Source: Methanobacteriota archaeon | Lineage (GTDB): Archaea > Halobacteriota > Methanosarcinia > Methanosarcinales > Methanogasteraceae | Direction: 5' to 3' | DNA length: 50,185 bases | Assembly (NCBI GenBank): GCA_034659315.1 | Contig: JAYEGZ010000024.1 | Coordinates: 1,759 to 51,943, forward strand | Shown here: one piece after another, positions 10,601 through 19,047 of the stretch | Position numbering within the stretch: the first letter of the stretch is position 1 | Layout: the number at the start of each line of letters is the position of its first letter | Notes under the pieces: generated by a model | The model's database searches: none | What the model saw: the letters and a program-made list of their open reading frames with translations, nothing else | Told to the model about the DNA's origin: nothing | Made by a program: the position numbers and the translations under genes

Positions 10601-10917
10601 TCGATATTCCAGGCAGAGAGCGATTCTGGCCTCACGCTGACGCGTTCATCCTCCCGGATGAGCCATGGCGATGGCAGCGGACCTTTTTTGGTTGACGGGA
10701 GGAGAAATGTCCCGGTTATGATCGTAGAGGGAGTCTCTCTGAATATGTCAATGATCCCGCCTCTTAACATGCCGCCGGGAAGCGAGAACGGGTGAGCTTT
10801 TGGCTTCGCTTTCTTTGGCGGTCTGCCACGGCGTGGCGGCACGGTTAATGGCAGCGTAGAGGATTCTACCCAGAGGTGCAGCCGCTCCGTGTCCCAGATT
10901 GCATGTAAGACCTGCAT
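7609..10917 (-). CDS. SNF2-family DEAD/H helicase with an SNF2-helicase-associated N-terminal domain
   Basis: 1102 aa. Motif I is [10 protein letters not shown], motif II is DEAQNIKN, and C-terminal helicase motifs are [54 protein letters not shown]. The upstream segment ([13 protein letters not shown]) is typical of the associated domain. Confidence 0.95.
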   Translation of the reverse strand: [1102 protein letters not shown]

Positions 10918-11302
10918 GTGTGCACTCCTTTGAAATTATGGTGATTGATGGGTGGTCTGTTCTCATAAACATGACCCCGGTTGGGGTGATTCTGTGATCT
11001 CTTCCGGTCAAGCTTGAAGATATCCGAAGTGGCTATACGTCCTGGTTTCGACGTTTTCTGTGATCTATATCGGTAACACCATCACGTATGCGGAAAATCG
11101 CGGGCATCACCTCATACCTTTGCGTTAAACTTGAGCACGAGAATGCAAAAGATTGGAAATCACAGAATCACGAAAATGCAACGATTGCGGATAACTAAGA
11201 TTACGACCAATAAATAACCAAAATTTCGAAGATAGGTGGTTGCAGGATGGTGTTTATAAGTAACAGCGCATGCACCAACCAAAGCACACAACAAACACGA
11301 TT

Positions 11303-11476
11303 TTAGGGCCAGGTGTTGTAAGTAAAACCGAGTGCAATCGCAAGTATACCAAAGACAACCCCAACAATGAGCACAGTCTTCGGATTGAGACGTATCGCCG
11401 ATTCGTCCGCATCATAGTATCGCATCAGACCGGCTGAGGACATAAGCCCGCCGCCACTACCTTTTTTCTTAGCCAT
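11303..11476 (-). CDS. secG: Preprotein translocase subunit Sec61-beta (archaeal SecG)
   Basis: Hand translation of the minus strand gives MAKKKGSGGGLMSSAGLMRYYDADESAIRLNPKTVLIVGVVFGILAIALGFTYNTWP*, 57 aa and below the ORF-track cutoff. The SAGLMRYYD motif plus a single C-terminal TM helix is the Sec61-beta signature. Confidence 0.8.
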   Translation of the reverse strand: MAKKKGSGGGLMSSAGLMRYYDADESAIRLNPKTVLIVGVVFGILAIALGFTYNTWP

Positions 11477-11595
11477 TGAGCTATTCTTCTTTGATCATGC
11501 AATATAAGTGTTTCCAAACGCTATCATTATATACTGGTTGGTGATATAGAATCAAACTGAATTTGCAGGTGCGATTTCAGAGCGAGGTTGTTTAT

Positions 11596-11937
11596 ATGAT
11601 GCCAGAAACAAGCAGCGCAGACACAGTCACCCTGCCCGACAAAACAGATGACAACGCGGTATTTGGAAGGAAGGGTGTGATGGATTACGTCATGGCGATC
11701 AGGATGCCGTTTAACAAGGGTGCGACTGACATCAAGATCGTGGCGAACGAGGCATGGGCAAAACAAGTCGGCATGATCCGGGCATCACGGATTGAACTAT
11801 TTTTATGGCATATACACTATAGCGTCCAGTCACTCTACGCACCATTTCCATTTACGAGAGAGTATATTGCTAGCCCCACCCGAAGGGCAGTTTTTACTCG
11901 ATTTTTTGTGAAAAAATCGTTTTTACCCATAAAATGA
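11596..11937 (+). pseudogene. Alba-like N-terminal half followed by non-homologous, AT-rich sequence; a possible decayed Alba paralog
   Basis: DNAVFGRKGVMDYVMAIRMPFNKGATDIKIVA aligns by eye with the Alba consensus NxVFIGxKPVMNYVLAVVTQFNxGAxxVxIKA. The expected ARGRAISRAVDVAE continuation is absent in all three frames, and the rest of the ORF looks non-coding. The stop overlaps the next ATG (ATGA). Confidence 0.3.
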
Positions 11938-12695
11938 GCGAATACAACTGTAGCCTCATTGATATCGCACCTGCGATCGCCGAACTGCTCGGTGTGCCGC
12001 TTCCGGGTGCGGATGGTGTGGTGAGACCTGAATTATCTGACCCGATGCGGCGGTGCAGCCGGGAGGGGGTGGTACTGATCATCGTTGATAGTCTTGGTTA
12101 CTCAACATACCAGCGGCTGAAGCCCTCGATGCCATCTGTGTCTGTGAAAGGCACGCTCCTTCGGTGCGAGGCGGTCGCAGACCATACTACGCCCGCAATT
12201 GCCTCAATTCTGTCCGGATGCTACCCGGAGACCCATCGCGTGCTCACCACCGCTGATGTGCTTACTTCGTCGATCAAATCGGTGCTTGAGCGTGCAGAGG
12301 AATGTGGAGTTAAGACCGCGGTCGTCATCGAGACTGATGGCGCGGCAGCCATGAAGACAAAGATCGAACTCTCCAGAGGCGTGCCCGACAGCAGAGATAT
12401 CATTGCATACGACGAAGCGATCAAGGGACATGCAGTCGATCTTCTGAATCATAAACCCATCCTCATGGCGCTGCACTTCAGGGCGATCGATCGGTATGCG
12501 CATGAAGGCAGGAGCTTTAAGGATCTGGCTTTTGCAGCCGGGAGCATCGATCGACACATAGCAGAGATCTGCGAATGCCTCCCTGAAGATACCTGTGTGG
12601 TCGTCTGCGGAGACCACCCGATTCATGGAAAACGCATCGAAGATGACCGTGGCGTGGCGCTGATCATATTTCGGGCGGGTGATGTGAGCGATTAG
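11934..12695 (+). CDS. Alkaline-phosphatase-superfamily metalloenzyme (type I phosphodiesterase / nucleotide pyrophosphatase-like)
   Basis: The metal and nucleophile motifs appear in order: IIVDSLG, HTTPAIASILSG, AIDRYAHEG, VCGDHPIHG. Confidence 0.7.
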   Translation: MSEYNCSLIDIAPAIAELLGVPLPGADGVVRPELSDPMRRCSREGVVLIIVDSLGYSTYQRLKPSMPSVSVKGTLLRCEAVADHTTPAIASILSGCYPETHRVLTTADVLTSSIKSVLERAEECGVKTAVVIETDGAAAMKTKIELSRGVPDSRDIIAYDEAIKGHAVDLLNHKPILMALHFRAIDRYAHEGRSFKDLAFAAGSIDRHIAEICECLPEDTCVVVCGDHPIHGKRIEDDRGVALIIFRAGDVSD

Positions 12696-12757
12696 GTGAT
12701 ACGACGAGTAGCATACGTAGTGGTATCATAGAATAAAACCCCCGATCGACAGATTGG

Positions 12758-13123
12758 CTACATTGCTGCGATCAGCTCTTCGATCTCCAGCAACAGATCA
12801 CTCACAGGAAATGGCTTTGCCAGAAAATCACACGCGCCCGCGGCAAGCGCATCATCCATGACCGCCTTGTCAGCACTCGCAAATACAATTTTCATATCAG
12901 GACTGATTTTCAGCAGTTCTTTTGTGGTCTCGATCCCGTCCTTGCCAGGCATTCGGTGATCCATGATCACAATCTCAGGAGGTTTGTCCATCGTTTTGAG
13001 TGTTTCAACCGCCTCATCGCCGTCATACGCATTTGCAACGATATCATGTCCGCTCATCTCAAGAATGTCACTATAGAGTTCGTGAAGCATCGGTTCGTCA
13101 TCCACAATGAATATCGCTGCCAT
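12758..13123 (-). CDS. Stand-alone CheY-like response regulator receiver
   Basis: IFIVDDEP, IVIMDHRMPGKDG and FLAKPF are receiver hallmarks. I chose the ATG at 13123 (GGAGTGA 7 nt upstream); the track start at 13129 is TTG. Confidence 0.9.
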   Translation of the reverse strand: MAAIFIVDDEPMLHELYSDILEMSGHDIVANAYDGDEAVETLKTMDKPPEIVIMDHRMPGKDGIETTKELLKISPDMKIVFASADKAVMDDALAAGACDFLAKPFPVSDLLLEIEELIAAM

Positions 13124-13129
13124 GATCAA

Positions 13130-14578
13130 TCACTCCTTTGGAAGCAGCATGATGAAATTGCTACCCCTCGCCCGGTCTCCACTGACCCGATCCTCTACCC
13201 AGACGCTTCCGCCGTAGCTCTCGACGATGTACTTAACGATAGTAAGCCCAAGACCCGTGCCCTGTGCACTCTCGCCAGCCCGCTCCAGACGGTTAAATAT
13301 GATCTTCTTATAGGGATCGCCGATGCCACGCCCCCGATCCTTAAACTCAAGCTTCCAGCACTGGTTATCATCTGACGGACTGATATCAACATCGATCTTG
13401 ACGATCTCGTGTTGATCAAACTTGACTGCATTGGTCAGGAGGTTTGAGAAGACGCTAAAGAGCATCGCATTGCCGCGGATAAAATATCTGCCTTCAGTTA
13501 TATCCGCGTTAATCTCGACATCTTTTGATTGTGATAGGGCAGTCTCAACTGCGCTTGCAAACGCCGGGTACATATCGATCCTTGCAAGTTCCGCCTCACC
13601 TGACTGAAGCTCTGAGAGTGTCCTCACATCGGATATGATATTAGCACTTTTTCTGACATGATTAAGAGCGATCTCCACATGTTTCCTGAATTCGGAAGGG
13701 AACTCCCGCGTTTGGAGTAATAGATCAAGATATCCACTCGCGACCTGACTTGCGTTGTTTATGTCGTGGCTCATGAGGTCGATATAAAATTCTGCACGGC
13801 GATATTCCTCTTTGATACGTTTCTCTGCTTGTTTGCGACTGGTAATATCTATAAGGACTCCTCTCAAGCCAACATGTTTATTTTTGTAACTAATGGGGCT
13901 AGAATATACAATGGCAGGGAATGTGCTGCAGTCTTTCCTCTGCATCAGGTATTCCACGCCACCCAGATCATCATCTCTCATGACTTTCCCAATATTTTCT
14001 TTAGCCATGCCCCGGTCTTCCGGGGATATCATCCGGAGGATGTTCAAACTTCCCTCAAAGTCATCCCGGGTATAGCCGAAAAGGTCAAATCCAGCACGGT
14101 TGGTAAACGTGAGATTACCTCGTTCATCCGTTTCAAAAACGGTTTGTGGCAATAACTCAGTCAGATCTCTGAATTTTGCCTCGCTCTCTCTCAATCTCCT
14201 CTCTATCTGGCTTTTATACAGAGCCATCTCGATTGATGCGAAGAGTTGCCTCTCCTGAAACGGCTTAACGATGTATGCATAAGGTTCGGTGCTCTTGGCT
14301 CTATCGACCAATCTAAGATCGGAATATGCGGTCAAAAATATAACAGGGATGTCTAATTTCTCTTTTATTTCGTAGGATGCGTCTATGCCATTTTTCTGCC
14401 CCTGGAGGACGATATCCATCAATATCAGGTCGGGCTTAAGTTCACTTGCGGCATTTACGGCAGCGTCTGCATTGTCGGCGCGCCCGACCACAGCATAGCC
14501 GCCATCGCTGATCACCATTTCCAGGTTTTCAGCCACGACAGCCTCATCCTCAACAATCAATATCTTTACTTTCCGCAT
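13130..14578 (-). CDS. Hybrid sensor histidine kinase (REC-PAS-HisKA-HATPase_c)
   Basis: N-terminal receiver (KILIVEDE, LILMDIVL, VKPF), a PAS segment, the H-box MSHDINNASQV, and GHKL boxes (NLLTNAVKF, DRGRGI, GTGLGLTIV). Confidence 0.9.
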   Translation of the reverse strand: MRKVKILIVEDEAVVAENLEMVISDGGYAVVGRADNADAAVNAASELKPDLILMDIVLQGQKNGIDASYEIKEKLDIPVIFLTAYSDLRLVDRAKSTEPYAYIVKPFQERQLFASIEMALYKSQIERRLRESEAKFRDLTELLPQTVFETDERGNLTFTNRAGFDLFGYTRDDFEGSLNILRMISPEDRGMAKENIGKVMRDDDLGGVEYLMQRKDCSTFPAIVYSSPISYKNKHVGLRGVLIDITSRKQAEKRIKEEYRRAEFYIDLMSHDINNASQVASGYLDLLLQTREFPSEFRKHVEIALNHVRKSANIISDVRTLSELQSGEAELARIDMYPAFASAVETALSQSKDVEINADITEGRYFIRGNAMLFSVFSNLLTNAVKFDQHEIVKIDVDISPSDDNQCWKLEFKDRGRGIGDPYKKIIFNRLERAGESAQGTGLGLTIVKYIVESYGGSVWVEDRVSGDRARGSNFIMLLPKE

Positions 14579-14589
14579 TCAACCCGCCA

Positions 14590-16869
14590 TTAGTATCTTA
14601 TGTTAAATTCTATATTAAAGGTTGTGCCTTCCTCACTGATGACCTTTAGGGTCCCACGCAACTGGTCTTCCGTGAGGATTTTCATCAGGCGCAAGCCCAA
14701 CGTTACGGCTTTATTGATATCGAATCCAGCAGGCAATCCCACACCATCATCGCTCACGGTCAGGTTGATTCTGTCTTCCTCTGATGCAGTGAGACTGACC
14801 TTAACCGTCCCTTCATTTCTGCCGACAAAAGCGTGTTTCAGGGCGTTTGAGAGCAGTTCATTGACGATTAATCCGACCGGCACTGCCGTAGCTATCGGGA
14901 CGGGATAATCGGCTACGGCAACAATCGGGGTAATCTCTGTACCCTGAACCTGATGACTCTGTAAGAGCTGCATAAGCAACTTACTTACAAAAACCTTCAT
15001 ATTGATCTCTGCCAGATCACCGCTTTCATACAATTGGGAATGGATGAGTGCCATAGCATTTAACCGATCCTTGGATTCAGTGAGCGCATCGACCACGTCT
15101 TTGCTCTTGGCACCTCTTGCCTGCATATCGAGCAGGCTTGACACAATCTGGAGGTTGTTCTTTACACGATGGTGAATCTCCTGCAGAAGTACTTCCTTTT
15201 CCTTCAGGGATGCTTTGATTTGTTCCTCCGCCCGCACCCGCTTGGTAACGTCCTGATGGGTGCCGAACATCAGGAGGGGTTTGCCATCTTCCGTCCATGT
15301 CGCAACTTTCCCTCTGTCGAGCACCCAAACCCAATTCCCATTCTTGTGACGCATGCGTGCTTCACACTCATAGTAATCCGACGTGCCATCAAAGTGTTTT
15401 TCCAACAACTCGTCTGACACCTTAAGATCGTCGGGATGAGCAAATTTCATCCAGGTATCAATAGAAACCGGAGAAAGCTCTTCCAGGGTGTAGCCGATAA
15501 TATCCGCCCAGCGCTCATTGAATGCGGTCTCTCCGGTCCGGACATTCCACTCCCATGTGCCCGCATTGGTGCCTTGGAGTGTGTCCACAAGTCTGCGCCT
15601 TTCTACTGCCACGGCTTCCTCTACCCGCTTGCGCTCATTGATCTCCGCGCTTAACTCCATGTTCGTATCTTTAAGGTCGTGCGCAATGTTCATCATCGCA
15701 GCCCTTTGCCGCTCACTTTCCCTGAGTAGCTCCCCCAGTCTCACAGTTCTCTCTTCTACCTCCTTTTCGAGACCTCTACTGTATTCTTCCAGTTCTTTAC
15801 CGGATTTTTTCAGATTGACCGTCATTTTATCGAACGTTCTTGACAATTGTCCAATTTCATCTCTTGCCCGGGTACTGACTTTACAATCCAGGTTCCCTTT
15901 CATGATCTCTTCAGTGCCATGATGTAATCTTACAATCGGATTTGTTATCGTTTTAGATACCCGGATGCAGACCATTACCCCCAGAAGTAAGAGACCTATA
16001 AGGGCAGAAAACATCATGGTAGTTAGTCGGGCAACTGTTGCAAACGCTTCCGTTTCATCAATCTCTGCCCGCAAGCACCAGTTCATCGCAGGTATGAGTG
16101 CGTGAGCCCCAATGACTGCCAGACCACGATAATTATTGTATAAAGCTGCTTCTGGTTTGTGAGTCTCCCTGCCGGTGAAATGCTCCGGATCAACATCTTG
16201 TTTCGGGAGCGTATCATTAGTAAACCTCAATGGCGTTATCAGGCAACCGTCCCTGTTTATGATAAATATCTCCCCAGTCTCGCCAAGACCGATTCTGTCG
16301 GTTGCTATCTCAAATATTTCTTCTGCATCGAAATTTACAATAATAACCCCTGAGAACTCTTCATCAACCATGATCGGCGATGCTACACTCATGACCTCAT
16401 TTCCAGTGAATACGGAAGTGTGAATATCCTTGACGTAAACTTCTTCTCTCCCTTTCAAGAAAATTTCACTCGCACTTTTATTGTATCCCACGTCCACATG
16501 ACTGGAAGCAATCACGATGCCATTTTTATCAAGAACTCCAATCCTTGAAATATCTTCATGGGATTGTAGTATACTATTTATTCTTCTGTTAACCGAATCC
16601 ATACTCTCTGTATGATTCTTGCTCCCATCCACTGCATCTATAAAGACATTTCCTGTTGCAATCATACTAGCGGACTCTTTATATCCCTCTAAAACCGTCT
16701 CGACATGGTGCGCTCTTGATTGTGCGGTGGTCTCCAGATGATTGCCAACCTGTTCCTCAATGATGCTTGTTGAAACGGTTCTACCAATCAGGATTACAGT
16801 CATGCCTGTAATCAACACAAGCGAAAGCATAACGACAAGAAACTTTGTTCGGATGTTCATTTTGCCCAT
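14590..16869 (-). CDS. Membrane sensor kinase: TM-Cache-TM-HAMP-coiled coil-PAS-HisKA_2-HATPase
   Basis: N-terminal TM helix, a Cache-like periplasmic part ([19 protein letters not shown]), a second TM helix, HAMP ([18 protein letters not shown]), PAS ([11 protein letters not shown]), the HisKA_2 H-box [17 protein letters not shown], and the ATPase ([19 protein letters not shown]). Confidence 0.9.
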   Translation of the reverse strand: MGKMNIRTKFLVVMLSLVLITGMTVILIGRTVSTSIIEEQVGNHLETTAQSRAHHVETVLEGYKESASMIATGNVFIDAVDGSKNHTESMDSVNRRINSILQSHEDISRIGVLDKNGIVIASSHVDVGYNKSASEIFLKGREEVYVKDIHTSVFTGNEVMSVASPIMVDEEFSGVIIVNFDAEEIFEIATDRIGLGETGEIFIINRDGCLITPLRFTNDTLPKQDVDPEHFTGRETHKPEAALYNNYRGLAVIGAHALIPAMNWCLRAEIDETEAFATVARLTTMMFSALIGLLLLGVMVCIRVSKTITNPIVRLHHGTEEIMKGNLDCKVSTRARDEIGQLSRTFDKMTVNLKKSGKELEEYSRGLEKEVEERTVRLGELLRESERQRAAMMNIAHDLKDTNMELSAEINERKRVEEAVAVERRRLVDTLQGTNAGTWEWNVRTGETAFNERWADIIGYTLEELSPVSIDTWMKFAHPDDLKVSDELLEKHFDGTSDYYECEARMRHKNGNWVWVLDRGKVATWTEDGKPLLMFGTHQDVTKRVRAEEQIKASLKEKEVLLQEIHHRVKNNLQIVSSLLDMQARGAKSKDVVDALTESKDRLNAMALIHSQLYESGDLAEINMKVFVSKLLMQLLQSHQVQGTEITPIVAVADYPVPIATAVPVGLIVNELLSNALKHAFVGRNEGTVKVSLTASEEDRINLTVSDDGVGLPAGFDINKAVTLGLRLMKILTEDQLRGTLKVISEEGTTFNIEFNIRY

Positions 16870-16895
16870 CTCCCCATCTTTCCACTCTCTATCAA

Positions 16896-18326
16896 CTATT
16901 CAGGTACCTCATAGCGAGGTTTCTCCCCCATTTCCTGAAGTAGGTCGTTTATTTTCTTCTTTAATTCCACCATTTTCAGCTCCCGGTCTACCGCCATTCC
17001 GTTAAATCTTCTAAGTTCCCCTATTTTCATCTCGAGTACCTCTTGCGCCCGCTTATGTTCGGTGATGTCGCGGAAGATTTCCAGCTTTGATATGCTGCCA
17101 TCCGGGTTTTTCAGGGGAGTATCAACGAGGTCATACGTCCTTTGATTTTTGAGGGAATGCCATTCCCAACGAACGTTTTCTCCTGCAAAAACATCCGAAT
17201 TCTTACACCATGGACAGGCATCATCCAGGTCGTGGAAGTATTTATAACACTTACGCCCCTCGGACGAGCCAAAATCTTTCTTAAGCACGGAATTTACGTA
17301 CTGGATGTCGTATTGTTGATTGACGATGTAAACCCCATCCACCATGGACTCCAGAATGTTGGTGAGATTGTCACGCTCGATGCGCAGCGCATCCTCAGCC
17401 CACCTGCGCTCGGTAATATCCTCTCCGGAACAGAGGGTGGCGTAGATTTTCCTATTTTCGTCCCTTAGTAGGGTATTGTGCCATGCGACGATTCTCTCCC
17501 GGCCATCTCTGGTCAAGACTGGGTTTTCATAATGTTCAACTGGCTCAATCTCTCCTGCCATCAACGATTCGAAAACCTCTGCCACCCCGCCGCTCAATCT
17601 CTCAGGTAGGAAATTATCGAACCAATCTTTGCCAATAATCTCGCCTTCCTTTTCGTATCCCAAAATCTCGCAGCCCTTCCGGTTCACAAGGATGACCTTC
17701 CGATCGGCACCAATGACTATGAGTGCAACCCCTGCGATATCAAAGTAGTGTTGCGCCCTATCTCTCTCCTTCTGTAGCGCATCCACTACCTGCAACCCAT
17801 CTGCGACCATGAGCTGGAGACGTTCATTTGTCGCTTCAAGCTCGCTTACCTTCTCTTCAAGCCTCGCTGCCACAACATGGCTGTATCTCCTGAGATACTC
17901 TTCCTCATCCAGAGCCAGCCCCGCCATTACAGTCTCCACCCCATCGCTGGCACCCTCGATTGCAACCTCTACCTTCTTCAGGAATTCCCCTACATCGAGG
18001 GGTTTTGGGATGAAATCACTTGCTCCAAGCAATAGGGCAAGTTTCTCATCATCGTAACCGGTGTAAACCGCAGAATAGATGATGCAAGGTATTTTTTTTG
18101 TCTTTTCGTCTGTTTTAATGTTTTTCAGGAACTCAAAGCCATCCATCCTCGGCATCAAGGTATCGGCGATGATCAGGTTGGGCTCATAGAACCTTGCCAT
18201 CTCAAGCCCCTCCTCGCCGTCGGCTGCTTCCAGAACCGTGTAGCAGCGTCTCTCAAGCAGCTTTCTTATGAGAAGCCTGTCAACTCCCCGGTCATCCACC
18301 ACGAGGACGGTCTGTTTTATTGGCAT
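16896..18326 (-). CDS. Response regulator receiver fused to two PAS domains, with no recognisable output domain
   Basis: Receiver motifs [19 protein letters not shown] and IPKPL, then a coiled coil and two PAS-like blocks. The second block carries C-x10-C-x2-C ([15 protein letters not shown]). The protein ends in an amphipathic helix. Confidence 0.85.
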   Translation of the reverse strand: MPIKQTVLVVDDRGVDRLLIRKLLERRCYTVLEAADGEEGLEMARFYEPNLIIADTLMPRMDGFEFLKNIKTDEKTKKIPCIIYSAVYTGYDDEKLALLLGASDFIPKPLDVGEFLKKVEVAIEGASDGVETVMAGLALDEEEYLRRYSHVVAARLEEKVSELEATNERLQLMVADGLQVVDALQKERDRAQHYFDIAGVALIVIGADRKVILVNRKGCEILGYEKEGEIIGKDWFDNFLPERLSGGVAEVFESLMAGEIEPVEHYENPVLTRDGRERIVAWHNTLLRDENRKIYATLCSGEDITERRWAEDALRIERDNLTNILESMVDGVYIVNQQYDIQYVNSVLKKDFGSSEGRKCYKYFHDLDDACPWCKNSDVFAGENVRWEWHSLKNQRTYDLVDTPLKNPDGSISKLEIFRDITEHKRAQEVLEMKIGELRRFNGMAVDRELKMVELKKKINDLLQEMGEKPRYEVPE

Positions 18327-18513
18327 ATTCCTCGATCTCCTTTACTATTGTGTGCGGGTCAATGGGCTTCACAATGTAGTCATCAAACCCTTGTGAAAGG
18401 AACCTCTCCCGATCTCCTGCCATCACACAAGAGATGATTGCGATTATCGCCCTGCTACCACCAACTGCAGCCCTTATCCTCTTTGCTGCCTCAACTACCC
18501 GCACTTTTTTCAT
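18292..18513 (-). pseudogene. Isolated C-terminal half of a receiver domain (remnant or mini-ORF)
   Basis: 73 aa. IIAIISCVMAGDRERFLSQGFDDYIVKPIDP corresponds to beta4-alpha4-beta5 of CheY-like receivers. The acidic pocket and the phospho-Asp region are missing. It overlaps the next gene by 35 nt and sits 75 nt from the RNase P RNA 3' end. Confidence 0.4.
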
Positions 18514-18587
18514 GGTATACCCACCATATCACCCAGTCATTCTGCGCACCATTTCCATTTTGTGTTGGTGCCATAGATCGGTATGAT

Positions 18588-18900
18588 TTGAGTGAGGAGA
18601 GTAAGCCCCCTTCTGTTCTCAGCAGCATTCGACTAAAGCGCCATTACCCGGGAAATACAGCCGGACGCTGCCAGCAATTTCTCGCTGATCCCGTACAGGC
18701 TTGCACCCATGGGGTTTCACCGTTTCATCCACGATATGTGACCTCAGCCTATACGGCATCACAGCATTGCCATATCATGGTATCGTTTCTGTGTCAGAGC
18801 CAGAACTCTCGCCCTACGCCATTTCGGCGTCCATGTATCCGGAGGTGGAGGGACTTTCCTCACGACACGGATGTCGCGGCGGCTGCTCTTCCTCTCTCAA
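18588..18900 (-). ncRNA. rnpB: RNase P RNA, archaeal type A
   Basis: The minus-strand transcript contains GUGAGGAAAGUCCCUCC (CR-I), GACACAGAAACG, ACGGUGAAACC, CCCGGGUAAUGGCG and GAGAACAGAAGGGGGCUUAC (CR-V). AGUCCC can pair with GGGGCU to form P4. The ends UUGAGAGAGG / CCUCACUCAA form a 10-bp P1 with one mismatch. Length is about 313 nt. Only spurious plus-strand ORFs cover the region. Confidence 0.85.
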
Positions 18901-18922
18901 GCCATGGAATTGTCCGCAGGTG

Positions 18923-18930
18923 TTATTATG
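18923..18930 (-). promoter_or_regulatory. TATA-like box (CATAATAA) upstream of the RNase P RNA
   Basis: It lies 23-30 nt upstream of the predicted P1 5' end at 18900, the usual archaeal TATA spacing. Confidence 0.35.
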
Positions 18931-19047
18931 TCTTTGGATGAACTTGGGAATGCTCAAAATCGCCCTTGACATCAATGCCTCATTCGGGTCGAAGGGGGCT
19001 ACCCCCTAACAAGCGGCGACACCACCTGAGTCTTTATCATCCGCCAT

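Noticed and set aside
18438-19009. Two overlapping plus-strand ORFs (167 aa and 102 aa)
   Set aside because: They cover the RNase P RNA gene and its promoter. Their composition is odd (Cys/His/Pro/Ser-rich) and I recognised no family. The RNA on the opposite strand explains the region.
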